Source of the DNA: Harriotta raleighana
Lineage: Eukaryota
Assembly (NCBI GenBank): GCA_050575255.1
Contig: JBNZDD010013702.1
Span: 2,703,907-2,767,906, forward strand
Reading direction: 5' to 3'
Length of the DNA stretch: 64,000 nucleotides
Position numbers and translations under genes: made by a program
Shown here: positions 51,833-62,358 of the stretch, one piece after another
How positions within the stretch are numbered: the first letter of the stretch is position 1
How the letters are laid out: each line of letters begins with the position of its first letter
Notes under the pieces: model-generated
What the model was told of the DNA's origin: nothing
The model's database searches: none
Seen by the model: only the letters and a program-made list of their open reading frames with translations

Positions 51833-54800
51833 CTACAGAGAGGACGCAATACATTAATGCAAGCAGTTTGGGCAACGAACAACTCTCATTTAGAACGAAT
51901 GGGTAATTATGATGGAGGAGGAGAGGATACTTGGATACACTGATAAGGAGGAAAGAGTCTTTGGAAGACCATTCTGGGGGAAGGGGAGGGGGTGAAATTA
52001 GGAGAAATGAGCATTAGCCCAGAATCAGACGCCACTTTGACTACATGAATAACAATAATAATCCTTGCATTTGATATAGTACTTTTCACATTCTCTAGAC
52101 ATCTCATAGCACTTAATTTTTTCATTAAAGAGTCGTGGCCCCATTGTTTCAGTGATCCAAATTACCTTTGTGCTCAGTTTAGCCAACCCTTCACCATCTC
52201 AGTTTATCTACACTTTGCTCCGACGACCACAACAACTTGCATTTATATAGCAACGTTCACAACATGTAGCTCCTCAGACCTCCGACAGGGGATCAAACGC
52301 AAGAACAAAGGTCAGTGAGGAGACAATATCAATGCTGTAAGCAGATATCACATCACTGTATTCCCACCCAGTGTCTCTTCCACACCTTAAAAGTTCCGAA
52401 TGCACAATCAATCCACTATCTTTCACTAAATTCATACCTGTTATCTTGCTTGAATGCTCGCTGTATTGTGTGTTGTTGATGTAGCAGTATAGCTCCTCGC
52501 CCAGCCTTTCTGTCTCACTGTCCGTCTCGCTCCTATCGTTGCGAATCAACAAGCCAGGTGGAAGGCAAGTGGCCGAATTCAGCAGCGCTATCTGCGCTTG
52601 CTCCACTGCAGTCTGTAGCGCTAGTCTGTCAGTCAGCAACTGCTGTACAGTAGAAACTTTCATCTCTAACAACATGCCTGAAATAAAAATGAGTGGGGCT
52701 AAAATATAGGGTATATTTAGTTTTGAGGGTTACACCGTTGATTTTTTAAAAAATCTGGATGTTGGTTTACTGTTCCTAAAAACTGGTTTCCCAATTAAGG
52801 CTGATATTAAGAATGACCACAATTTCACACAACCTTAAATTCTAAGACACTGATAATTTGCACTTGGATAGCACTCTCCACACATCTAGCAACACTTAAC
52901 ACTTAACCTGACAAAATAAGGTACTTTTGAGACATCTCAAGTCCCAGCATATCCCTCCATCAAAGTTTATCCCTCCATCATCGCTTCTTTGCTCTGATTG
53001 TGCTTGGAGTTCAGATGACCTGAGTGTTGGGATAATCCGGTAGATCTATTGCTCTCAATCCATATTCCGTGAAAAACAATCAAAGATTCCTCTCACCAGT
53101 GATGTTCGCACAGTTCTGTCGGTCCATCTTCTCTACCTCTGCAAAAATCTTCTCTCCCAAACTCTCCTTCACATCAACAAATTCTGAACATTCGGAAGTC
53201 GGCCCGTTGTCTGGCAATGCTCTGCACACGGAAAGACGTTTCAAATGTTTCATTCCTGCTCTGAAAGCAGGGCATTGCAAGAGGTTTTCATTCAAATTCA
53301 AAAGGGTCCTGACATGCTCATAAGTCGAAGGAAATGTTCAAAGAGTTTACTTAACCAGTAACCTGGCACAACATCCTGTTCCAGCAATTCAAGACATCGA
53401 ATTCCTAATCACATACACAGGCAACGCTTAAGGTAATGTTAGCTTGGACCTAAAACACCTGTTCAATTTTCAATCACATCACCCCTAAAGCAATCGTCAA
53501 TTTTAAGCCATTGTGTTGACATTTGCAATCCACTGCTATTTCATAAGTAGCGTTGCTATTTTCAACTTGAGATGAATGAAGCTCTAGGATAGAGTACTGT
53601 ATATAAAGTTTTGATTTTCACCCTTGGCTATGTTGGGTTGATAACAACAATAGCGCCTTTCACTTGAATACACTTGANAGACAATATCAATGCTGTAAGC
53701 AGATATCACATCACTGTATTCCCACCCAGTGTCTCTTCCACACCTTAAAAGTTCCGAATGCACAATCAATCCACTATCTTTCACTAAATTCATACCTGTT
53801 ATCTTGCTTGAATGCTCGCTGTATTGTGTGTTGTTGATGTAGCAGTATAGCTCCTCGCCCAGCCTTTCTGTCTCACTGTCCGTCTCGCTCCTATCGTTGC
53901 GAATCAACAAGCCAGGTGGAAGGCAAGTGGCCGAATTCAGCAGCGCTATCTGCGCTTGCTCCACTGCAGTCTGTAGCGCTAGTCTGTCAGTCAGCAACTG
54001 CTGTACAGTAGAAACTTTCATCTCTAACAACATGCCTGAAATAAAAATGAGTGGGGCTAAAATATAGGGTATATTTAGTTTTGAGGGTTACACCGTTGAT
54101 TTTTTTAAAAATCTGGATGTTGGTTTACTGTTCCTAAAAACTGGTTTCCCAATTAAGGCTGATATTAAGAATGACCACAATTTCACACAACCTTAAATTC
54201 TAAGACACTGATAATTTGCACTTGGATAGCACTCTCCACACATCTAGCAACACTTAACACTTAACCTGACAAAATAAGGTACTTTTGAGACATCTCAAGT
54301 CCCAGCATATCCCTCCATCAAAGTTTATCCCTCCATCATCGCTTCTTTGCTCTGATTGTGCTTGGAGTTCAGATGACCTGAGTGTTGGGATAATCCGGTA
54401 GATCTATTGCTCTCAATCCATATTCCGTGAAAAACAATCAAAGATTCCTCTCACCAGTGATGTTCGCACAGTTCTGTCGGTCCATCTTCTCTACCTCTGC
54501 AAAAATCTTCTCTCCCAAACTCTCCTTCACATCAACAAATTCTGAACATTCGGAAGTCGGCCCGTTGTCTGGCAATGCTCTGCACACGGAAAGACGTTTC
54601 AAATGTTTCATTCCTGCTCTGAAAGCAGGGCATTGCAAGAGGTTTTCATTCAAATTCAAAAGGGTCCTGACATGCTCATAAGTCGAAGGAAATGTTCAAA
54701 GAGTTTACTTAACCAGTAACCTGGCACAACATCCTGTTCCAGCAATTCAAGACATCGAATTCCTAATCACATACACAGGCAACGCTTAAGGTAATGTTAG

Positions 54801-57473
54801 CTTGGACCTAAAACACCTGTTCAATTTTCAATCACATCACCCCTAAAGCAATCGTCAATTTTAAGCCATTGTGTTGACATTTGCAATCCACTGCTATTTC
54901 ATAAGTAGCGTTGCTATTTTCAACTTGAGATGAATGAAGCTCTAGGATAGAGTACTGTATATAAAGTTTTGATTTTCACCCTTGGCTATGTTGGGTTGAT
55001 AACAACAATAGCGCCTTTCACTTGAATACACTTGAATAGCGTCTTTCACGTCAGGAGGACGTCCCAAGGCGCTGGACAGTCACTGCTTCAGACCCAAGCT
55101 GAGGAATGGTGGGGGAGGGAAGGGGGGGATTAGGAGTTTCAAAAGAGCAGCGTCTTGAAGCGAGACTTGAAGGAGGCCAGGGAGTCACTATCCAGAGCAC
55201 AAATTACAATTGAAAGTTTTTTTTAAAAAGAACTCTGTGTTAAACCAATCCATATTTACTGTTCAATGGCTCGCCAAGCAACGTGAATCTGTTGTTCCAA
55301 TAACTGCTCATCACAGACCAATCGCTTCACTTCCTCCCTGCCCAATTCCAGCAGCATCCCTGTGGAAACAAATGAGGCCTGTGAGTGAGTCTCTGGTGGG
55401 TGCAATCAGCTGCCCTGTTTTAGCCACAAAATACAGTCACTGCACTTTGTAGCATATTCTGTGAAGCGCTTTGAGATGTTTCGATGACACGATGAGGCGC
55501 TATGTCAAATGCCAGGATTATTATTATTACAGGAAACTTTCGAAAGAACAGCACTCGGAAGAATGGCAGATTCGAGCTAACGGAGTTATGAAAATTTGAA
55601 AGAACGGCATCACTCAATTCCCGAGGGTGTTATTCCTTCAAACGTTTACTATACTTATTATTATAGACGATAGGAAAGTCTAATAAACTAACCAGTTATT
55701 TTCTCGCTGTGTCCAGTGTTATGGATATCGACCAGGTCATAGAGTTGATCCCCCAGTGAATCGGTAGAATCCGAATCCATATTATCTTGCTCACTTTTAG
55801 ATACACCGAGAAGCCAAACAAGATACTGTTTACTTTTCCTCATAGGCACAAAAACAACAACAGCAACAACTTTGATTTATATAGAGCCCTTTGCACCTAT
55901 ATCTCGATATCTCAGAGCGCTTCAGAATTAACGCTGCCAATACATTTTGCTCCAAATTAACTGCATTGATACAGAGGTAATTTTATTCATATCAGAAAGA
56001 AACACATGTTATTAATATCCTAAATCATGTTATACAGATACTGATCAGCAATATCAGTCCCTCGTTAATACAAAAAGATCTGAACAGATTTGATCTCTTA
56101 CTTTATTCCAAGTTTGCTTTGAACTCAGCCTTATCCCTCACTTCTGCCAATGCCCCCTAACTCATTGAAATATTGTGGAACATCATTCTGCCAATATACT
56201 GTATGAAGAAAAATAATGTTAAGGATGGACAGCATTCAGCGATTAGCACTTAATAGGAGAAGGGTACTGTCTTAATATCAATTTCATGGTGGCAATATTT
56301 TAAATGATAGGACTTTCCTTCCTCCTCCATAAATATTATAGATTTATATACTGGAATATAAAACTAAGAACTTTCCCCACCACCCACCACCCCCCACCAC
56401 CATTCCATTCAGCAGGCTCCAGCCAGTTCCACGTCCCCCACCCATCCCGCTCTACTATTAGCGCACGGGCTTTCAGCCTCTCTGCCCCACACTCTGGAAC
56501 TCCATCCCACAGTCCCTTCGCCTCACTCCCTCCCTCACCTCCTTCAAAGCCGGTCTCAAGACCCTCCTCGTCGACCATGCCTTATGCTGCCCTCCCAACT
56601 CTCTCCCTCTCCTCCACTCCCCCCTATACTACTCCTCTCCGTTGCTCAGGCCCTGACTGTTCAGCGTCTTTCCAGACGTGAAAAGGGCTCTATGAATGCA
56701 ATTTTGTTGTTGTTGTTGTTGTAAATGCATTACACTCGTGTTTAACCACATAACTGCTCTGCACTGTGTTTTTTGTGATGTCTTACCATTTTTCTGTTGA
56801 TAACTGAAGTGCGCTGAATGCTTTGTCCAGGGCAGTGGCCAGCAGTTTCTCATCATGGACCATCTGTTCCAACACAGGAACTGGCAGCTCCAACAGCATC
56901 CCTGTAAGAGGCTCGGAACAAAAGGATTAATGAGTTATTCAGCCCATAGGAATGCAGACAGTTATAACAGTGGAACTCAATGATCTGGTGGAAATAGCAA
57001 CAGAATCGTATTGACACAAGTCAACACACAGGTACATCCACTTTACAATATATTCTGCGGAGTGATAAGGCCTGAGGTTACAGGTGTGATAAGGCGTTAA
57101 TTATCAAATGCAAGGATTATTATTAATATTATCTTTCACATCAAAAATAAATATCTCAAAACATCTACCTAAGCATTCATGTCAACATTTCAGAGTTTTG
57201 AATCAAAAAGTGTTACTATTCCAAGGAGTGATCCAATCAATCTAGCCAATGTTATCACATCATTGTCATTTTAGGAATTCTCATCAAAAAGTGCTTCGCT
57301 CAAATTCACAATTTTTGGAGGTTGGCTTTGGATATTCACCGCGAAGAAGAATGTAAATGTCATATGACTGTACCTGTAAGTTTTCCAGCCGTTTCTGGAT
57401 GGTCTGGAACAATGACATTGTAAAGCTTTTCCCCCAGCATGTTCAGTTGCTCAGATAAATCGTTCTTATCCAT
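51729..57473 (-). CDS. uncharacterised ~307-aa protein with four tandem MLLE (PABC) domains, 7 coding exons
   Basis: Exons 57473-57374, 56901-56787, 55793-55693, 55359-55260, 54618-54455, 54035-53796, 51832-51729 all have canonical AG/GT ends and join in frame. Four LG(E/D)x(L/I)(Y/F)...(K/N)(I/L)TGMLLE signatures. Confidence 0.85.
53796..54035 (-). CDS. 4xMLLE gene exon (GMLLEMKVSTVQQLL...LGEELYCYINNTQYSEHSSKITG); duplicate copy at 52438-52677
   Basis: tttcag|GC...G|gtatga. Confidence 0.85.
54455..54618 (-). CDS. 4xMLLE gene exon (...KESLGEKIFAEVEKMDRQNCANITG); duplicate copy at 53097-53260
   Basis: tttcag|A...G|gtgaga. Confidence 0.8.
55260..55359 (-). CDS. 4xMLLE gene exon (GMLLELGREEVKRLVCDEQLLEQQIHVAWRAIE)
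   Basis: ccacag|GG...CA|gtaaat. Confidence 0.85.
55693..55793 (-). CDS. 4xMLLE gene exon (EQDNMDSDSTDSLGDQLYDLVDIHNTGHSEKITG)
   Basis: aaag|T...G|gttagt. Confidence 0.8.
56400..56722 (+). mobile_element. L2-like LINE 3' fragment in 4xMLLE intron
   Basis: ARAFSLSAP-type degenerate C-terminus plus (gtt)n tail. Confidence 0.65.
56787..56901 (-). CDS. 4xMLLE gene exon (GMLLELPVPVLEQMVHDEKLLATALDKAFSAL...)
   Basis: ttacag|GG...TG|gtaaga. Confidence 0.85.
57374..57473 (-). CDS. 4xMLLE gene coding exon 1 (MDKNDLSEQLNMLGEKLYNVIVPDHPETAGKLTG); exon begins at 57604 with 5'UTR
   Basis: in-frame TAA immediately before ATG; donor G|gtacag; acceptor ttattacag at 57605. Confidence 0.8.
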
Positions 57474-58479
57474 TTAAATCATGCGTCACAACTGAGGAGG
57501 CTGCAGGACTTGCGTGTGAATTGCACAGTGCCCTCATCAAGCTTGTCCTGTACTCAAGACATCATTGGAACATACAGATTCCTTCTTCAGCAACTGCAAC
57601 AGCGCTGTAATAAAAAAAACTCAGCCTAAATAATATGCATTGAAATTTTTCAGGGACACACAAAATGATAATGGTTTACAAATGTAATCCAAGCTTTCGT
57701 CCCGTGTTTAAACTGCTCATTATGGATGTAAAAGTGTCAGTGTGTGGGGCGGGGGAGGGAGGGGGGATGGGATGGAAGAGACGAAAGCAAGTCATATGGG
57801 TGGAACGAGTATCCAGACCAGATGTAACATGAAAGTCCGTGGCTGTCAAATTGGTGTCCAGATCAGTCTGGATGAAGAAAGCCTTTCAGGCCATCTGATC
57901 TCATCCCTCCAGAATTCTCCCTCCCCCACCTACCCCAACACCTATATTCATCACAGCATCGAGCTGCTTTTTAAATGAGTACCAGTGGCCTGGCCTTTAT
58001 GACATTTCCTGTCAATCCAGTCGTTAATTACCCTCTGGGTACAGAAAACTTTCCTGATGTCTGTCCTAAAATTACCCTTTACAGCTTTAAACCTCTGTCC
58101 TCTTGTCCTACTGTCACAATGATGTTGTAAAGTAATCGCCTGGTCTATCTTAATATTAATTATTACTACTTTTATATTAATAATTATTATTATTACTATG
58201 GTTCAGGCATTGCTCCTGGAGCTCCTGTGGCTCAGTGGTTAGAGCACTCGCCTTACAAGCCTTACAAGTGTGAGACTTCATTTTGTNGTGAAAAGCGCTA
58301 TATCAAATGCAAGGATTATTATTATTATTATTGCTGATGTTCCGATTTGCCAGCGGAAAAATAAAACGATTCCCCCCACATTGGGCTAATTTCCTAATTT
58401 GTCCAGACATTACTGACACATTCCTGCAGATTAATGCTGACTTTTATATAGTATTATTATATGTGACTCTGTTTTACTG

Positions 58480-59520
58480 TATGATATTAATCAAGAGCAG
58501 CTCACCCACAGCAGCGTCGCTCACTGATGACATCATTCGCGGCGCGTCACCTCCAACGTCACCTAGCCTCCTCGCTCTCCCCGAGCTCCTTCCGAGGGAA
58601 TGAGAAAATAGTCCCGTTATCCCAGAAAAGACAACGGCCCCGCGCCGGGGGCCCTGGGGAGGGGCTGGGGGGCTGGGGGGGGGGGGCAGGGGAATAACGG
58701 TTAGATTTTTTTCAAAAAGAATAAAAGATGATAATAAGAAAGCGGTTGGAAGTGGAGGTGACTTGGTGGGAGAAGGTGGTGGGGGGGTGAGGCGGAGGGA
58801 TCGGGCGGCACGCGGAGGGTGGTCAGGCGGTCTCTCACGCGGCTTCTTCCTTTGCTCGTGGCGCCCGGAGAGAGACAGTCAGACAGTCAGTCAGTCAGTC
58901 ACACACACAGGTACCTCAGCCCGGCCCGGCCCCAGCCCAGCCCCGGCCCCAACAAACTTCATCCCCGGCACTGGGTAACCCTCAGCTCAGCCTCTCCCCC
59001 CCCCCCCCCACCCCTCCTCCGGCTACAGCCGTCACTCCCCCCCCCCCCCNCCCCCCCCCCCCCCCCCCCCCCCCCAAATCCCCAAATCCCCAATCCAGCC
59101 CCACGGTCCCGAAACCCTCAGAAGCTTCAACTCAGCCTCACACACGAGGCCTCACAGGGCGAGGTCAGGAGACTTCACCCGGGTTTAGGCCTCACTGTGC
59201 CGGGCAACGTCAGGCGGGAGGAGCGAGGCCTTAAATACAGGGGGGAGTGTGTGTGTGTGTGGGGGGGGGGGGGGTGAATAAGCCCCCAGCGGGTCCTCTC
59301 CTCCCTCCTGAAGCCGAGCTGTATTCCGGGCTGGGGACCCGCGGCTGAGGCCCGGGTTTGGCTTGCGGCCTGGCCTGGCTGTCAGGAGCGAGGCCTTCGC
59401 TTCTTTGCTTCCAATTTTTTATATTATAATAATTTATATCTTGTATAATTGATATCTTTCATAAACAGATTCCCGATCAGATCTCGCCGGGCCAGGGAGG
59501 GTTGGTCTTTCTAATCGTGC
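58480..59520. promoter_or_regulatory. CpG island / bidirectional promoter between the 4xMLLE gene (-) and rpl28 (+)
   Basis: GC- and CpG-rich against an AT-rich background; CRE-like TGACATCA/ACGTCA and GGAAGT motifs; minus-strand donor gtgagc at 58505; rpl28 TOP start at ~58843. Confidence 0.7.
58843..58910 (+). promoter_or_regulatory. rpl28: rpl28 non-coding first exon starting with 5'TOP tract CTTCTTCCTTT
   Basis: pyrimidine initiator typical of ribosomal protein genes; donor cag|gtacct at 58911. Confidence 0.65.
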
Positions 59521-59541
59521 TCAGAAAATATTCATACATTT

Positions 59542-59670
59542 NNNNNNNNNNNNNNNNNNNNNNNNNNNNNNNNNNNNNNNNNNNNNNNNNNNNNNNNNNN
59601 NNNNNNNNNNNNNNNNNNNNNNNNNNNNNNNNNNNNNNNNNNNNNNNNNNNNNNNNNNNNNNNNNNNNNN
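59542..59670. other. assembly gap (N run) in rpl28 intron 1
   Basis: run of N. Confidence 0.99.
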
Positions 59671-60045
59671 TTTGCTGCTGACAGACTGGAATTCAAACCC
59701 CAAACCCGGCTGAGCCCTGGTGCATTTTACTCTCCTGCCNCCCCCCCCCCCCCCCCCCCCCCCCCCAACACACACAAAAGGTGAGGAGCAATGGAATAGG
59801 CTCCCTCGGGAAGCAGCCACTTTGATTCTTCCAAAAGCAAATGAGTTTAAGATTTATTTTAGGGAATGCTGTCCTCAGGATAACAGTATCTAGATATCTA
59901 GGCCTTGGTGTGTGTGTGTGACTGAATTCCAGACTGCATGGAACCTGGTCTTCTTTAGTCTTCAGCAAATTCTTGTGTTCTTTATGAGCTCATCTATTGA
60001 CTGACTCTTGGTTTTTCTTTTCCTTTCGGGTTTAGGTGATCGAAA

Positions 60046-62358
60046 ATGTCGGCTCACTTGCAGTGGATGGTCATCCGTAACTGCTCCAGTTTCCTCATTA
60101 AAAGGAACAAGCAGGTCTACAGCACCGTAAGTGCCCACTGGAGGGTTCGGACACAAACTATTGTTAATAATAATTCTTTACATTTGATACAAAGCCTCGA
60201 TTTAGCCCATAAAATATTCTGTGTGGCGCTTTGAGACGTCTCAATGATGTGATAACTGAATGCCTATATCGAATGCAAGGATTATTTTTCTTGTCGCATC
60301 TTCGGGACTTGGCATTGCATTTAGTGGGATCTGCTGTAAAGTGATTGAGTGACTGCATTTTGTGTATCAAGACCACATAAATTTTGAAGGGGTTTAGTTG
60401 CACGGATGTTATCTGTGCCCCGTATGTTTCAAAACAAACTGCATCTATGACAAAAGATAATAATATAATAATCCTTGCATTTGATATAGCGTTTTTCACA
60501 TCTTATCGACATCTCAAAGGGCTTCACAGAATATACTATAAAGTGAATTGACTGTATATTTGTGGGTGAAGATGTATTGGAGATCCTTCCATCATGTTCA
60601 CTAAAAGAAATTAGACAATGCCCGACTTCATTAAAGTGTACGTTTGTTGTCTTCTCCAGCTCTCCACAAAGAACTGGAGATTTTTGCTCTATGCTAGAAT
60701 TTTAGATGTGTATCCACTGTTTTAGTTAATAATAAGTTGATAGAATGGCTCAGTTTGAGATTGGGGATTTCATGATTGAGAAGCTGTGATTGCAGTGACA
60801 ATACTAGAGTTACATCTGCAATGGTATTTTTTTTTTGCCTTGAATTTCACTGGATCATTCTTCTTACTTAGGAGCCCAACAATCTCAAGGCCAGGAACTC
60901 CTTCCGTTACAATGGGCTTATCCACCGCAAAACTGTGGGTGTGGAGCCAGCAGCTGATGGGAAAGGGATTGTTGTAGTCCTCAAAAAGCGAGCAGGTAAA
61001 CTGATCCTATCAATCCTGCTATTCAGTCTCTTCATCTGCTCTTTATTTTTGTGTGTGCAACACATCTGATCTTTACTGCAGCCTTAGGTGATTCTATCTG
61101 CCTAGCCAGGTTCTGAGTTATTTGCCCTTTCATTTCTCTGTACCACACACCAGTATGGGAGTAACCTGCTATCTGATATAGATTAGATGTAGAACTTCTT
61201 TAATGTTTTCCCCTTCTGGAGTAACATCTTTTTAGATCCTTTGCCATTGCAGCACAGACTCTAAAATCTTGAATGACAATGTAACTGAATCAATGGGTCA
61301 CTGTTTTATTCAGGTTGCCTTTTGTTTTAACATGACCTATAACAAGTTACACATCTCATTTAGGTCAACGCAAACCAGCAACGTCCTATGAGAAGATCAC
61401 TGTGAATAAGAATGCCCGTGCCACCCTCAACAGTTTGAGACACATCATCCGCAAGAATAACTACAGACGGGACCTTCGCATGGTATGAGAGCTGGTTGTT
61501 TGCTGTGATCAGTTGTATAATAACTAATATAAAGGAGTTGTGCCATATCAATAACTGAAATGTACTTCACATATGACTATTAGCAACTTGTTGGTAAATT
61601 AATGCCACCTGTTCCTGTTTGATTGTTGCACTTCTTTAAAAAAAATTCCATCTTATAATAATAATAATCCTTGCCTTTGAAATAGCGCTTTACACATCTT
61701 CTAGAGGTCTCAAAGCACTTCACAGAATATACTGTAAAGTGAATTGATTGTATATTTGTGGGTGAAACGCGGCACAATTGGGCACAGCAGCGTCCCACAC
61801 AACCAGTCGTGGATTGAAAATGACCAATTTATTATAGGGTTTTTTTTTAATGGATTATTATCAGGCTTTGGAGTAAGGAAACTTGCCCAAGGTTTCGCCT
61901 GACCTGTCTGGATTCGAAACACAAGTCTCACACTTCTAAGGAGAGTGCTCTAACCACCGAGCTATAGGATTTTGACTTTTTTTTTTTTAAAGTACTTCTG
62001 AGGCTAGTTCAAGTTACATGTAGGACTCTGAATAAATGGTGAGGAATTTAAGTGGGAATATGGGGGACTGAATGTTGGGNTAAGGAGAGTGCTCTAACCA
62101 CCGAGCTATAGGATTTTGACTTTTTTTTTTAAAAAGTACTTCTGAGGCTAGTTCAAGTTACATGTAGGACTCTGAATAAATGGTGAGGAATTTAAGTGGG
62201 AATATGGGGGACTGAATGTTGGAAATGTCACATTGGTCCTCAAAAATTATGATTTGTTTTACTTTCAGGCTGCAATCCGACGTGCTAGCGCTATTCTGAA
62301 GAGTCAGAAACCAGTTGTTGTCAAGAAGAAACGCACCAGGACTGCCAAGAGTGCATAA
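60046..62358 (+). CDS. rpl28: 60S ribosomal protein L28 (eL28), 137 aa; exons 60046-60126, 60872-60995, 61364-61482, 62269-62358
   Basis: [59 protein letters not shown]...[36 protein letters not shown]; canonical splice sites; AATAAA at 62381. Confidence 0.97.
61657..61970 (-). mobile_element. tRNA-derived SINE in rpl28 intron
   Basis: family consensus on minus strand. Confidence 0.8.

Larger units (their letters stand above)
52321..55035. repeat. near-identical 1357-bp tandem duplication around single N at 53678 (probable assembly artefact)
   Basis: 52321-53677 matches 53679-55035; the only difference I noticed is at a T/A homopolymer junction. Confidence 0.85.

Noticed and set aside
52321-55035. 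Extra MLLE exons (53097-53260, 52438-52677) suggesting a protein with more than four repeats
   Set aside because: The copies are near-identical and joined by a single N, and splicing 53796 (phase 1) to 53260 (phase 2) would frameshift. This fits a false duplication at a contig overlap; read depth would confirm.
60127-62268. snoRNAs in rpl28 introns
   Set aside because: No convincing C/D or H/ACA architecture seen by eye; an Infernal/Rfam scan would be needed.
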